Source: Haplodiscus bocki (taxonomy: Eukaryota). From it: 64,000 nucleotides of DNA. Shown in pieces: positions 12,901-25,700 of the stretch (positions within the stretch are counted from its first letter, which is position 1; every line of letters starts with the position of its first letter). The stretch spans positions 35,402,001 through 35,466,000 of the forward strand of contig OZ296659.1 in assembly GCA_965655095.1 (NCBI GenBank), written 5' to 3'. The translations under genes and the position numbers were made by a program. Below the pieces are notes generated by a model that worked only from the letters and a program-made list of their open reading frames with translations, made no database searches and was not told the DNA's origin.

Positions 12901-15900
12901 CTAGTGACTTGGGTGAAACAACTTGTTTTTGTAAATCGTCATTCTGGGACTGCAACACGTCTTTGCATTTTGTCAACAAGGACACAAGTTGTAGCCCGGA
13001 CTGTTGGATCTTTTCTGCTAACTCAATATATATTTGCAACACTGGTGAAAATCGAAGCTGGTTGGGTTGTGCACCCTATTTTTCTCACTTTATGCCAAAA
13101 ATTCAATCTGAGTCGTTATTTTTCTAACTCAGGAATCAAATTTTTGATTTCACCGGAGAAAACTCTGATCGCAGAGACTTTTCGTGTGTTCGTTTTTTTC
13201 AATTAGGAAGGCTTGGAGCAATATTTTAATGTCTGAGACAAATGCCTGCAACTTCTATGCCCGCAAGTATTAACTATCACCCAGAGGCTCACATGCACTT
13301 CCTCGCACAGGTGTGCTTGATGAAACGGAGTTACTCTAGTGATCTCGACTCCACTCGCTTTTTTTTCCGGACAGATTCCATCCGGAAAATTTGATGTGTT
13401 GGGTAATTGAGACAAAACTACAGGCATTTTCCTTTTCAACAGTGACTCCTTTTTAGTCATCAAAGCAACTTTTGCGAGCTGTTTCTGAAGAAATCATTCC
13501 ACATCTTTTGCCGCCTTTATCGGAGAAACTCGCTGATCATGATGAAACATCAATGTGTCAAATTTTGACAGTGCATTTTTGCAAAGAGATCTGTTGCCAT
13601 CAACTTCAGCAAGAGAGCAGTCGGGGATCAAAAATAACCAGTCACTGCGACTGAAAAACAACTGATTCGTTTTGATAACTGTATTCAAAACTATAGAAAT
13701 TCATCTGCATTGGAAAATAAATTTTCTTATCACGTAACTTTTTTGAATAGAAACTTCGAGAAACTATATAAAAGTTAATACAAACATTGAGTTCGTGAAA
13801 CTTGCTGCCAAAATAATGACAACATAAAATTGAAACTTTATAGATGATTCATCAGGTGAATGCAATCAAGAAATTCTTTAATGACATCAGAATAAAAATA
13901 ATCCACTTCGGATACAAAATCCCCGTCTCCATTTCATCCTGTTGTGTTGCTAATTGTATCTGTCCTTGCTTTGTTGACGTCTCTTCTGTTTTTGAAGAAA
14001 GAGTTCTTGAAATGTGGATAAGGATACTTGTTTTGTATTTCACCTGAAGAGTGAAAATTCTGCTACTTATTTTTGAGTTAGGTTTTGGTAACTGATCTCC
14101 AAAAAATAGCGCTGTAGAGATTAACGGAATTACTAACAACTACCAGCAAAATGTCTCGAAGTCGTTTTCGAGCGTTGTTCAATATACCACTCTGCTGACT
14201 TCAGAACGTGCATTTTTGAGACAGGAGGAAGAACGTAGGCATGAGCCAATTTCGATACGGGATTTTTGTTCTGAGGAAGAAATACTGAAGTTGTAAACTT
14301 TTTGAAGCTTTCGCTTGAAGTTCTGTTCAGTCCATTTCCTGGATCAAAGCCCAAGAATAGATACAAGATTAGAAGGGCTAACGTCTGAAGGCATCAACAC
14401 CCTCTGCATCTGCTTTTGATCTCCCACCTTTTCTTTCAGAATCTTTCATGCAATCAGGGAGTCCCTCATTTCCCCAAATTGCCACTCTGAGGTACCTCCA
14501 ATAGTTCTCTTTGTTGCAACCAATGCAGCTTTTTTCTGGACTCTTTCCTTTGCAGAAACTTCCTTCGCTCGCCATGGGCTCCTCCAATTCTGAATCAAGC
14601 TTGTGCTCTGACCTTTCGCTTTGCTTTCCGGCGGAATCTTTGAGGTAAATCGATGCGGTTTCATTCAAACACGAATTGCATCGACTTCCTAAAGAACTTC
14701 TTACCAGTTAATGAGAGAAAATGGAACCTGCCCAAACTTCAAGTAATTCAGAGCTAAGACACAATGATATACACGTACTATAATTTTCGCTAACTAGTGA
14801 CTTGGGTGAAACAACTTGTTTTTGTAAATCGTCATTCTGGGACTGCAACACGTCTTTGTATTTTGTCAACAAGGACACAAGTTGTAGCCCGGACTGTTGG
14901 ATCTTTTCTGCTAACTCAATATATATTTGCAACACTGGTGAAAATCCAAGCTGGTTGGGTTGTGCACCCTATTTTTCTCACTTTATGTCAAAAATTCAAT
15001 ATGAGTCGTTATTTTTCTAACTCAGGAATCAAATTTTTGATTTCACCGGAAACAACACTGTTCGCACATACCTTTCGTGTGTTCGTTTTTTCAATTGGGA
15101 ATGCTTGGGGCAATATCTTAATGTCTCAGACAAATGCCTGCAACTTCTATGCCTTCAAGCTTTAACTATCACCCATAGGATCACATGCACTTCTGCGCAC
15201 AGGTGTGCTTGATGAAACGTATTTTGACTCTTGGGGTCACGACTCCGCTCGCTTTCTTTTCCCGGACAGATACATCCAAAAAGTTTGATGTGTTGGGTAA
15301 TTGAGACAAAACTACAGGCGTTTTCCTTTTCAACAGTGACTCCTTTTTAGTCATCAAAGCAACTTTTGCGAGCTGTTTCTGAAGAATTCACTCCACATCT
15401 TCTGCCGCCTTTTATCGGAGAAACTCGTTGATCATGATGAAACATCAATGTCTCATTTTGACAGTGCATTTTTGCAAAGAGATCGAGAGATCTGTTGCCA
15501 TCAACTTCAGCTAGAGAGCAGTCGGGAATCAAAAATAACCAGTCACTGCGACTGAAAAACAACTGATTCTTTTTGATAACTGTATTCAAAACTATAGAAA
15601 TTCCTCTGCATGGGAAAATACATTTTCTTATCACGTAACTTTATTGAATAGAAACTTCGAGAAGTTATATAAAAGTTAATACAAACATTGAGTTCGTGAA
15701 ACTTGCTGCCAAATTAATGACAACCTAAAATTGAAACTATATAGATGATTCATTAGGCGAATGCAATCAAGAAATTCATTGATGACATCAGAATAAAAAT
15801 AATCCACTTCGGATACAATGTCCCCGTCTCCATTTCATCCTGTTGTGTTGCTAATTGTATCTGTCCTTGCTTTGTTGACTGCTCTTCTGTTCTTGAAGAA

Positions 15901-18109
15901 AGAGTTCTTGAAATGTGGATAAGGAAACTTGTTTTGTATTCCACCTGAAGAGTGAAAATTCTGCCACTTATTTTTGAGTTGGATTTTGGAAACTGATCTC
16001 CAAAATTATAGCGTTTTAAATATTAACGGAATTACTAACAACTACCAGCGAATTGTCTCGAAATCGTTTCCGACCGTTTTTCAATATACCACTCTGCTGA
16101 CTTCAGAACGTGCATTTTTGAGACAGGAGGAAGAACGTAGACATGAGCCGGTTTCGATACAGGATTTATGTTCTCAAGAAGAAATACTCAAGTTGTACAC
16201 TTACTGAAGCTTTCGCTTGAAGTTCTGTTCAGTCCATTTCCTGGATCAAAGACCAAGAATAGATACAAGATTAGAAGGGCTAACGTCTGAAGGCATCAAC
16301 ACCCTCTGCATCTGCTTTTGATCTCCCACCTTTTCTTTCAGAATCTTTCATGCAATCAGGGAGTCCCTCATTTCCCCAAATTGCCACTCTGAGGTACCTC
16401 CAATAGTTCTCTTTGTTGCAACCAATGCAGCTTTTTTCTGGACTCTTTCCTTTGCAGAAACTTCCTTTGCTCGCCATGGGCTCCTCCAATTCTGAATCAA
16501 GCTTGTGCTCTGACCTTTCGCTTTGCTTTCCGGCGGAATCTTTGTGGTAAATCCATGCGGTTTTATTCAAACACGAATTGCATCGACTTCCTAAAGAACT
16601 TCCTACCAGTTAATGAGAAGAAATGGAACCTGTCTAAACTTCAGGTAACTCAGAGCTAACACACAATGGTATAGACGTACTATAATATGCGCTAACAAGT
16701 GACTTGAGTGAAAGACCTTGTTTTTGTAAATCGTCTTTCTGGGACTGCAACACGTCTTTTATTTTGTCAACAAGGACACAAGATGTAGCCCGGACTGTTG
16801 GATCTTTTCTGCTAACTCAATATAAATTTGCAGCACTGGCGAAAATCGAAGCTGATTGGGTTGTGCAACTTTTTTCCTCACTTTATAACAAAATTCAATA
16901 TGAGTCGTTATTTTTCTAACTCAGGAATCAAATTTTTGATTTCACCGAAAAAACTGTTCGCACATACCTTTCGTGTGTTCGTTTTTTCAATTAGGAAGGC
17001 TTGGTGCATTATTTAAAGTCTCAGACAAATGCCTGCAACTTCTATGCCTGCAAGTAATAACTATCACCCATAGGATCACATGCACTTTTGCGCACAGGTG
17101 TGCTTGATGAAACGTATTTTGACTCTTGGGATCACGATTCCGCTCGCTTTCTTTTTCCGGACAGATTCCATCCGGAAAATTTGATGTGTTGGGTAATTGA
17201 GACAAAACTACAGGCATTTTCCTTTTCAACAGTGACTCCTTTTTAGTCATCGAAGCAACTTTTGCGAGCTGTTTCTGAAGAATTCATTCAACATCTTTTG
17301 CCGCATTTATCGGAGAAACTCGTTGATCATGATGAAACGTCAATGTCTCATTTTTCGACAGTGCCTTTTTGCAAAGAGATCTGTTGCCATTAACTTCCGC
17401 AAGAGAGCAGTCGGGGGTCAAAAATAACCAGTCACTGCGACTGAAAAAGAACTGATTCTTTTTGATAACTGTATTCAAAACTATCGAAATTCATCTGCAT
17501 GGGAAAGTACATTTTCTTATCACGTAACTTTATTGAATAGAAACTTCGAGAAGTTATATAAAAGTTAATACAAACATTGAGTTCGTGAATCTTGCTGCCA
17601 AAATATTGACAACATAAAATTGAAACTATATAGCTGATTCATTAGGTGAATGCAATCAAAGAATTCATTAATGACATCAGAATAAAAATCATCAACTTCG
17701 TATACAAAATCCCCGTCTCCATTTCATCCTGTTGTGTTGCTAATTGAATATGTCCTTGCTTTGTTGACTGCTCTTCTGTTTTTGAAGGAAGAGTTCTTGA
17801 GATGTGGATAAGGAAACTTGTTTTGTATTTCACCTGAAGATTGAAATTTCTGCTACTTATTTTTGAGTTAGATTTTGGAAACTGATCTCCAAAAAATAGC
17901 GCTTTAGAGATTAACGGAATTACTAACAACTACCAGCGAAATGTCTCGAAATCGTTTTCGAGCGTTTTTTAAAATACCACTCTGCTGACTTCAGAACGTG
18001 CATTTTTGAGACAGGAGGAAGAACGTAGACATGAGCCGGTTTCGATACGGGATTTTTGTTCTCAAGAAGAAATACTGAAGTTGTAAACTTACTGAAGCTT
18101 TCGCTTGAA

Positions 18110-21100
18110 CTTCTTTCTGTTCAGTCCATTTCCTGAATCATAGCCCAAGAATAGATACACGATTAGAAGGGCTAACGTCTCAAGGCATCAACACCCTCTG
18201 CATCTGCTTTTGATCTGCCACTTTTTTTTCAGAATTTTTCATGCAATCAGGGAGTCCCTCATTTCCCCAAATTGCCACTCTGAGGTACCTCCAATACTTC
18301 TCTTTGTTGCAACCAATGCAGCTTTTTTCTGGAGTCTTGACTTTTCGGAAACTTCCATCGCTCGGCGTGGTCTCCTCCAATTGTGAATCAAGCTTGTGCT
18401 ATGACCTTTCGCTTTGCTTTCCGGCGGAATCTTTGTGGTAAATCGATGCGGTTTCATTCAAACACGAATTGCATCGACTTCCTAAAGAACTTCCTACCAG
18501 TTAATGAGAAGAAATGGAACCTGCCTAAACTTCAGGCAACTCAGAGCTAACACACAATGGTATAGACGTACTATAATTTTCGCTAACAAGTGACTTGAGT
18601 GAAACAACTTGTTTTTGTAAATCGTCATTCTGGGACTGCAAGATGTCTTTATATTTTGTCAACGAGGACACAAATTGTAGTCCGGACTGTTGGATATTTT
18701 CTGATAACTCATTATATATTTGCAGCCTTGGCGAAAATCGAAGCTGATTGGGTTGTGCACCCTATTTTTCTCACTTTATGCCAAAAATTCAATCTGAGTC
18801 TTTATTTTTCTAACTCAGGAATCAAGTTTTTGAATTCATCGGAAACAACACTGTTCGCACATACCTGTCGTGTTTTCGTTTTTTCAATTAGGAAGGCTTG
18901 GGGCAAAATCTTAGAGTCTGAGACAAATGCCTGCAACTTCTATGCCCGCAAGTATTAACTATGACCCAGAGGCTCACATGCACTTCTGCGCACAGGTGTG
19001 CTTGATGAAACGGATTTTGACTCTAGGGATCACGACTCCGCTCGCGTTCTTTTTCTGGACGGATACATCCGAAAATTCTGATGTGTTGGGTATTTGAGAA
19101 GAAACTACAGGCTTTTTCTAACATTGACTCTTTTTTAGTCATCGAAGCAACTTTTCTGACCTGTTTCAGGAGAATGCATTCCCCATCCTCTTCCTCATTT
19201 ATCAGATAAACTCGTAGATCATGATGAAACATCAATTTCTAATAATTTGACAGTGCCTTTTTGCAAAGAGATCTGTTGCCATCAACTTCAGCAAGAGAGC
19301 AGTCGGGGGTCAAAAATAACCAGTCACTGCGACTGAAAAACAACTGATTCTTTTTGATAACTGTATTCAAAACTATAGAAAATCATCTGCATGGGAAAAT
19401 ACATTTTCTTATCACGTAACTTTATTGAATAGAAACTTCGAGAAGCTATATAAAAGTTAATACAAACATTGAGTTCGTGAATCTTGCTGCCAAAAATATT
19501 GACAACATAAAATTGAAACTATATAGCTGATTCGTTAGGTGAATGCAATCGAGGAATTCATTAATGACATGAGATTAAAAGTCATCAACTTCGGATACAA
19601 AATCCCCATCTCCTTTTCATCCTGTTGTGTTGCTCATTGAATATGTCCCTGCTTTGTTGACTGCTCTTCTGTTTTTGAAGGAAGAGTTCTTGAGATGTGG
19701 ATAAGGAAATTTGTTTCGTATTTCACCTGAAGAGTGAAAATTCTGCTACTCATTTTTGAGTTAGGTTTTGGAAACTGATTTCCAGAAAATAGCGCTTTAG
19801 AGATTAACGGAATTACTAACAACTACCAGCGAAATGTCTCGAAATTGTTTTCGAGCGTTTTTCAATATACCATTCTGCTGACTTCAGAACGTGCATTTTT
19901 GAGACAGGAGGAAGAACGTAGACATAAGCCGGTTTCGATACGGGATTTTTGTTCTCGGGAAGAAATGCTGAAGTTGTAAATTTACTGAAGCTTTCGCTTG
20001 AAGTTCTTTCTGTTCAGTCCATTTCCTGAATCATAGCCCAAGAATAGATACACGATTAGAAGGGCTAACGTCTCAAGGCATCAACACCCTCTGCATCTGC
20101 TTTTGATCTGCCACTTTTTTTTCAGAATTTTTCATGCAATCAGGGAGTCCCTCATTTCCCCAAATTGCCACTCTGAGGTACCTCCAATACTTCTCTTTGT
20201 TGCAACCAATGCAGCTTTTTTCTGGAGTCTTGACTTTTCGGAAACTTCCATCGCTCGGCGTGGTCTCCTCCAATTGTGAATCAAGCTTGTGCTATGACCT
20301 TTCGCTTTGCTTTCCGGCGGAATCTTTGTGGTAAATCGATGCGGTTTCATTCAAACACGAATTGCATCGACTTCCTAAAGAACTTCCTACCAGTTAATGA
20401 GAAGAAATGGAACCTGCCTAAACTTCAGGCAACTCAGAGCTAACACACAATGGTATAGACGTACTATAATTTTCGCTAACAAGTGACTTGAGTGAAACAA
20501 CTTGTTTTTGTAAATCGTCATTCTGGGACTGCAAGATGTCTTTATATTTTGTCAACGAGGACACAAATTGTAGTCCGGACTGTTGGATATTTTCTGATAA
20601 CTCATTATATATTTGCAGCCTTGGCGAAAATCGAAGCTGATTGGGTTGTGCACCCTATTTTTCTCACTTTATGCCAAAAATTCAATCTGAGTCTTTATTT
20701 TTCTAACTCAGGAATCAAGTTTTTGAATTCATCGGAAACAACACTGTTCGCACATACCTGTCGTGTTTTCGTTTTTTCAATTAGGAAGGCTTGGGGCAAA
20801 ATCTTAGAGTCTGAGACAAATGCCTGCAACTTCTATGCCCGCAAGTATTAACTATGACCCAGAGGCTCACATGCACTTCTGCGCACAGGTGTGCTTGATG
20901 AAACGGATTTTGACTCTAGGGATCACGACTCCGCTCGCGTTCTTTTTCTGGACGGATACATCCGAAAATTCTGATGTGTTGGGTATTTGAGAAGAAACTA
21001 CAGGCTTTTTCTAACATTGACTCTTTTTTAGTCATCGAAGCAACTTTTCTGACCTGTTTCAGGAGAATGCATTCCCCATCCTCTTCCTCATTTATCAGAT

Positions 21101-21900
21101 AAACTCGTAGATCATGATGAAACATCAATTTCTAATAATTTGACAGTGCCTTTTTGCAAAGAGATCTGTTGCCATCAACTTCAGCAAGAGAGCAGTCGGG
21201 GGTCAAAAATAACCAGTCACTGCGACTGAAAAACAACTGATTCTTTTTGATAACTGTATTCAAAACTATAGAAAATCATCTGCATGGGAAAATACATTTT
21301 CTTATCACGTAACTTTATTGAATAGAAACTTCGAGAAGCTATATAAAAGTTAATACAAACATTGAGTTCGTGAATCTTGCTGCCAAAAATATTGACAACA
21401 TAAAATTGAAACTATATAGCTGATTCGTTAGGTGAATGCAATCGAGGAATTCATTAATGACATGAGATTAAAAGTCATCAACTTCGGATCCAAAATCCCC
21501 ATCTCCTTTTCATCCTGTTGTGTTGCTCATTGAATATGTCCCTGCTTTGTTGACTGCTCTTCTGTTTTTGAAGGAAGAGTTCTTGAGATGTGGATAAGGA
21601 AATTTGTTTCGTATTTCACCTGAAGAGTGAAAATTCTGCTACTCATTTTTGAGTTAGGTTTTGGAAACTGATTTCCAGAAAATAGCGCTTTAGAGATTAA
21701 CGGAATTACTAACAACTACCAGCGAAATGTCTCGAAATTGTTTTCGAGCGTTTTTCAATATACCATTCTGCTGACTTCAGAACGTGCATTTTTGAGACAG
21801 GAGGAAGAACGTAGACATAAGCCGGTTTCGATACGGGATTTTTGTTCTCGGGAAGAAATGCTGAAGTTGTAAATTTACTGAAGCTTTCGCTTGAAGTTCT
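18110..21900. repeat. Recent near-exact 1893-bp tandem duplication inside the long class
   Basis: ORF pairs with identical peptides sit at a constant 1893 offset (18180/20073, 18599/20492, 19023/20916, 19634/21527). They share a TTCT 4-bp duplication. Confidence 0.9.
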
Positions 21901-22702
21901 TTCTGTTCAGTCCATTTCCTGAATCATAGCCCAAGAGTAGATACATGATTAGAAGGGCTAACGTCTGAAGGCATCAACACCCTCTGCATCTGCTTTTGAT
22001 CTCCCACCTTTTCTTTCAGAATCTTTCATGCAATCAGGGAGTCCCTCATTTCCCCAAATTGTCACTCTGAGGTACCTCCAATACTTCTCTTTGTTGCAAC
22101 CAATGCAGCTTTTTTCTGGAGTCTTGACTTTTCGGAAACTTCCATCGCTCGCCGTGGTCTCCTCCAATTCTGAATCAAGCTTGTGCTCTGACCTTTCGCT
22201 TTGCTTTCCTGCGGAATCTTTGTGGTAAATCGATGCGGTTGCATTCAAACACGAATTGCATCGACTTCCTAAAGAACTTCCTACCAGTTAATGAGAAGAA
22301 ATGGAACCTGCGTAAACTTCAAGGCACTCAGAGCTAAGACACAATGATATAGACGTACTATAGTTTTCGCTAACAAGTGACTTGAGTGAAACAACTTGTT
22401 TTTGTAAATCGTCATTCTGGGACTGCAAGATGTCTTTATATTTTGTCAACGAGGACACAAATTGTAGTCCGGACTGTTGGATATTTTCTGATAACTCAAT
22501 ATATATTTGCAGCATTGGCGAAAATCGAAGCTGATTGGGTTGTGCACCCTATTTTTCTCACTTTATGCCAAAAATTCAATCTGAGTCGTTTTTTTTTCTA
22601 ACTCAGGAATCAAGTTTTTGAATTCACCGTAAACAACATTGTTCGCACATACCTTTCGTGTTTTCGCTTTTTCAATTAGGAAGGCTTGGGGCAAAATCTT
22701 AG

Positions 22703-25700
22703 AGTCTGAGACAAATGCCTGCAACTTCTATGCCCGGAAGTATTAACTATGACCGAGAGGCTCACATGCACTTCTGCGCACAGGTGTGCTTGATGAAACG
22801 GATTTTGACTCTAGGGATCATGACTCCGCTCGCGTTCTTTCCGGGCAGATACATCCGAAAAGTTTGATGTATTGGGTATTTGAGACAAAACTACAGGCAT
22901 TTTCTTTTTCAACAGTGACTCTTTTTTAGTCATCAAAGCAACTTTTGCGAGCTGTTTCTGAAGAATTCATTCCACATCGTTTGCCGCATTTATCGGAGAA
23001 ACTCGTTGATCATGATGAAACATCAATGTCTCATTTTTTGACAGTGCCTTTTTGCAAAGAGATCTGTTGCCATCAACTTCCGCAAGAGAGCAGTCGGGGG
23101 TCAAAAATAACCAGTCACTGCGACTGAAAAACAACTGATTCTTTTTGATAACTGTATTCAAAACTATAGAAATTCCTCTGCATGGGAAAATACATTTTCT
23201 TATCACGTAACTTTATTGAATAGAAACTTCGAGAAGTTATATAAAAGTTAATACAAACATTGAGTTCGTGAATCTTGCTGCCAAAATATTTACAAGATAA
23301 AATTGAAACTATATAGCTGATTCATTAGGTGAATGCAATCAAAGAATTCATTAATGACATCAGAATAAAAATCATCAATTCGGATACAAAATCCCCGTCT
23401 CCATTTCATCCTGTTGTGTTGCTACTTGAATATGTCCTTGCTTTGTTGACTGCTCTTCTGTTTTTGAAGGAAGAGTTCTTGAGATGTGGATAAGGAAACT
23501 TGTTTTGTATTTCACCTGAAGATTGAATTTTCTGCTACTTGTTTTTGAGTTAGATTTTGGAATTTGATCTCCAAAAAATAGCGCTTTAGAGATTAACGGA
23601 AGTACTAACAACTACCAGCGAAATGTCTCGAAATTGTTTTCGAGCGTTTTTCAATATACCATTCTGCTGACTTCAGAACGTGCATTCAGACAGGAGGAAG
23701 AACGTAGACATAAGCCGGTTTCGATACGGGATTTTTGTTCTCGGGAAGAAATGCTAAAGTTGTAAATTTACTGAAGCTTTCGCTTGAAGTTCTGTTCAGT
23801 CCATTTCCTGGATGAAAGCTCAACAATAGATACACGATTAGAAGGTCTATCGTCTGACGGCATCAACACCCTCTGCATCTGCTTTTGATCTCCCACCTTT
23901 TCTTCCAGAATCTTTCATGCAATCAGAGAGTCCCTCCTTTCCCCAAATTGCCACTCTGAGGTACCTCCAATACTTCTCTTTGTTGCAACCAATGCAGCTT
24001 TTTTCTGGAGTCTTGCCTTTGCAGAAACTTCCTTTGCTGTCCTTGGGCTCCTCCAATTCTGAATCAAGCTTGTGCTCTGACCTTTCGCTTTGCTTTCCGG
24101 TGGCATCTTTGAGGTAAATCGATGCGGTTTCATTCAAACAAGAATTGCATCGACTTCATAAAGAACTTCCTACGAGTTATTGAGAAGAAATGGAACCTGC
24201 CTATACTTCAGGTAACTCAGAGCTAACACACAATGGTATAGACGTACTATAATTTTCGCTAAAAAGTGACTTGAGTGAAACAACTTGTTTTTGTAAATCG
24301 TCATTCTGGGAATGCAAGACGTCGTTATATTTTGTCAACAAGGACACAAGTTGTAGCCCGGACTGTTGGATCTTTTCTACTAAATCAATATATATTTGCA
24401 GCACTGGCGAAAATCGAAGCTGATTGGGTTGTGCACCCTATTTTTCTCACTTTATGCCAAAAATTCAATCTGAGTCGTTTTTTTTTCTAACTCAGGAATC
24501 AAGTTTTTGAATTCACCGTAAACAACATTGTTCGCGCATACCTTTCGTGTTTTCGTTTTTTTTAATTAGGAAGGCTTGGGGCAAAATCTTAGAGTCTGAG
24601 ACAAATGCCTGCAACTTCTATGCCCGGAAGTATTATCTATGACCCAGAGGCTCACATGCACTTCTGCGCACAGGTGTGCTTGATGAAACGGATTTTGACT
24701 CTAGGGATCATGACTCCGCTCGCGTTCTGTCCGGGCAGATACATCCGAAAAGTTTGATGTGTTGGGTATTTGAGACAAAACTACAGGCATTTTCTTTTTC
24801 AACAGTGACTCCTTTTTAGTCATCAAAGCAACTTTTGCGAGCTGTTTCTGAAGAATTCATTCCACATCGTTTGCCGCATTTATCGGAGGAACTCGTTGAT
24901 CATGATGAAACATCAATGTCTCATTTTTTGACAGTGCCTTTTTGCAAAGAGATCTGTTGCCATCAACTTCCGCAAGAGAGCAGTCGGGGGTCAAAAATAA
25001 CCAGTCACTGCGACTGAAAAACAACTGATTCTTTTTGATAACTGTATTCAAAACTATAGAAATTCCTCTGCATGGGAAAATACATTTTCTTATCACGTAA
25101 CTTTATTGAATAGAAACTTCGAGAAGTTATATAAAAGTTAATACAAACATTGAGTTCGTGAATCTTGCTGCCAAAATATTGACAAGATAAAATTGAAACT
25201 ATATAGCTGATTCATTAGGTGAATGCAATCAAAGAATTCATTAATGACATCAGAATAAAAATCATCAATTCGGATACAAAATCCCCGTCTCCATTTCATC
25301 CTGTTGTGTTGCTAATTGAATATGTCCTTGCTTTGTTGACTGCTCTTCTGTTTTTGAAGGAAGAGTTCTTGAGATGTGGATAAGGAAACTTGTTTTGTAT
25401 TTCACCTGAAGATTGAATTTTCTGCTACTTGTTTTTGAGTTAGATTTTGGAATTTGATCTCCAAAAAATAGCGCTTTAGAGATTAACGGAAGTACTAACA
25501 ACTACCAGCGAAATGTCTCGAAATTGTTTTCGAGCGTTTTTCAATATACCATTCTGCTGACTTCAGAACGTGCATTCAGACAGGAGGAAGAACGTAGACA
25601 TAAGCCGGTTTCGATACGGGATTTTTGTTCTCGGGAAGAAATGCTAAAGTTGTAAATTTACTGAAGCTTTCGCTTGAAGTTCTGTTCAGTCCATTTCCTG

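Noticed and set aside
15476-15493. 8-bp local duplication GAGAGATC in copy 9
   Set aside because: An ordinary slippage event private to one copy.
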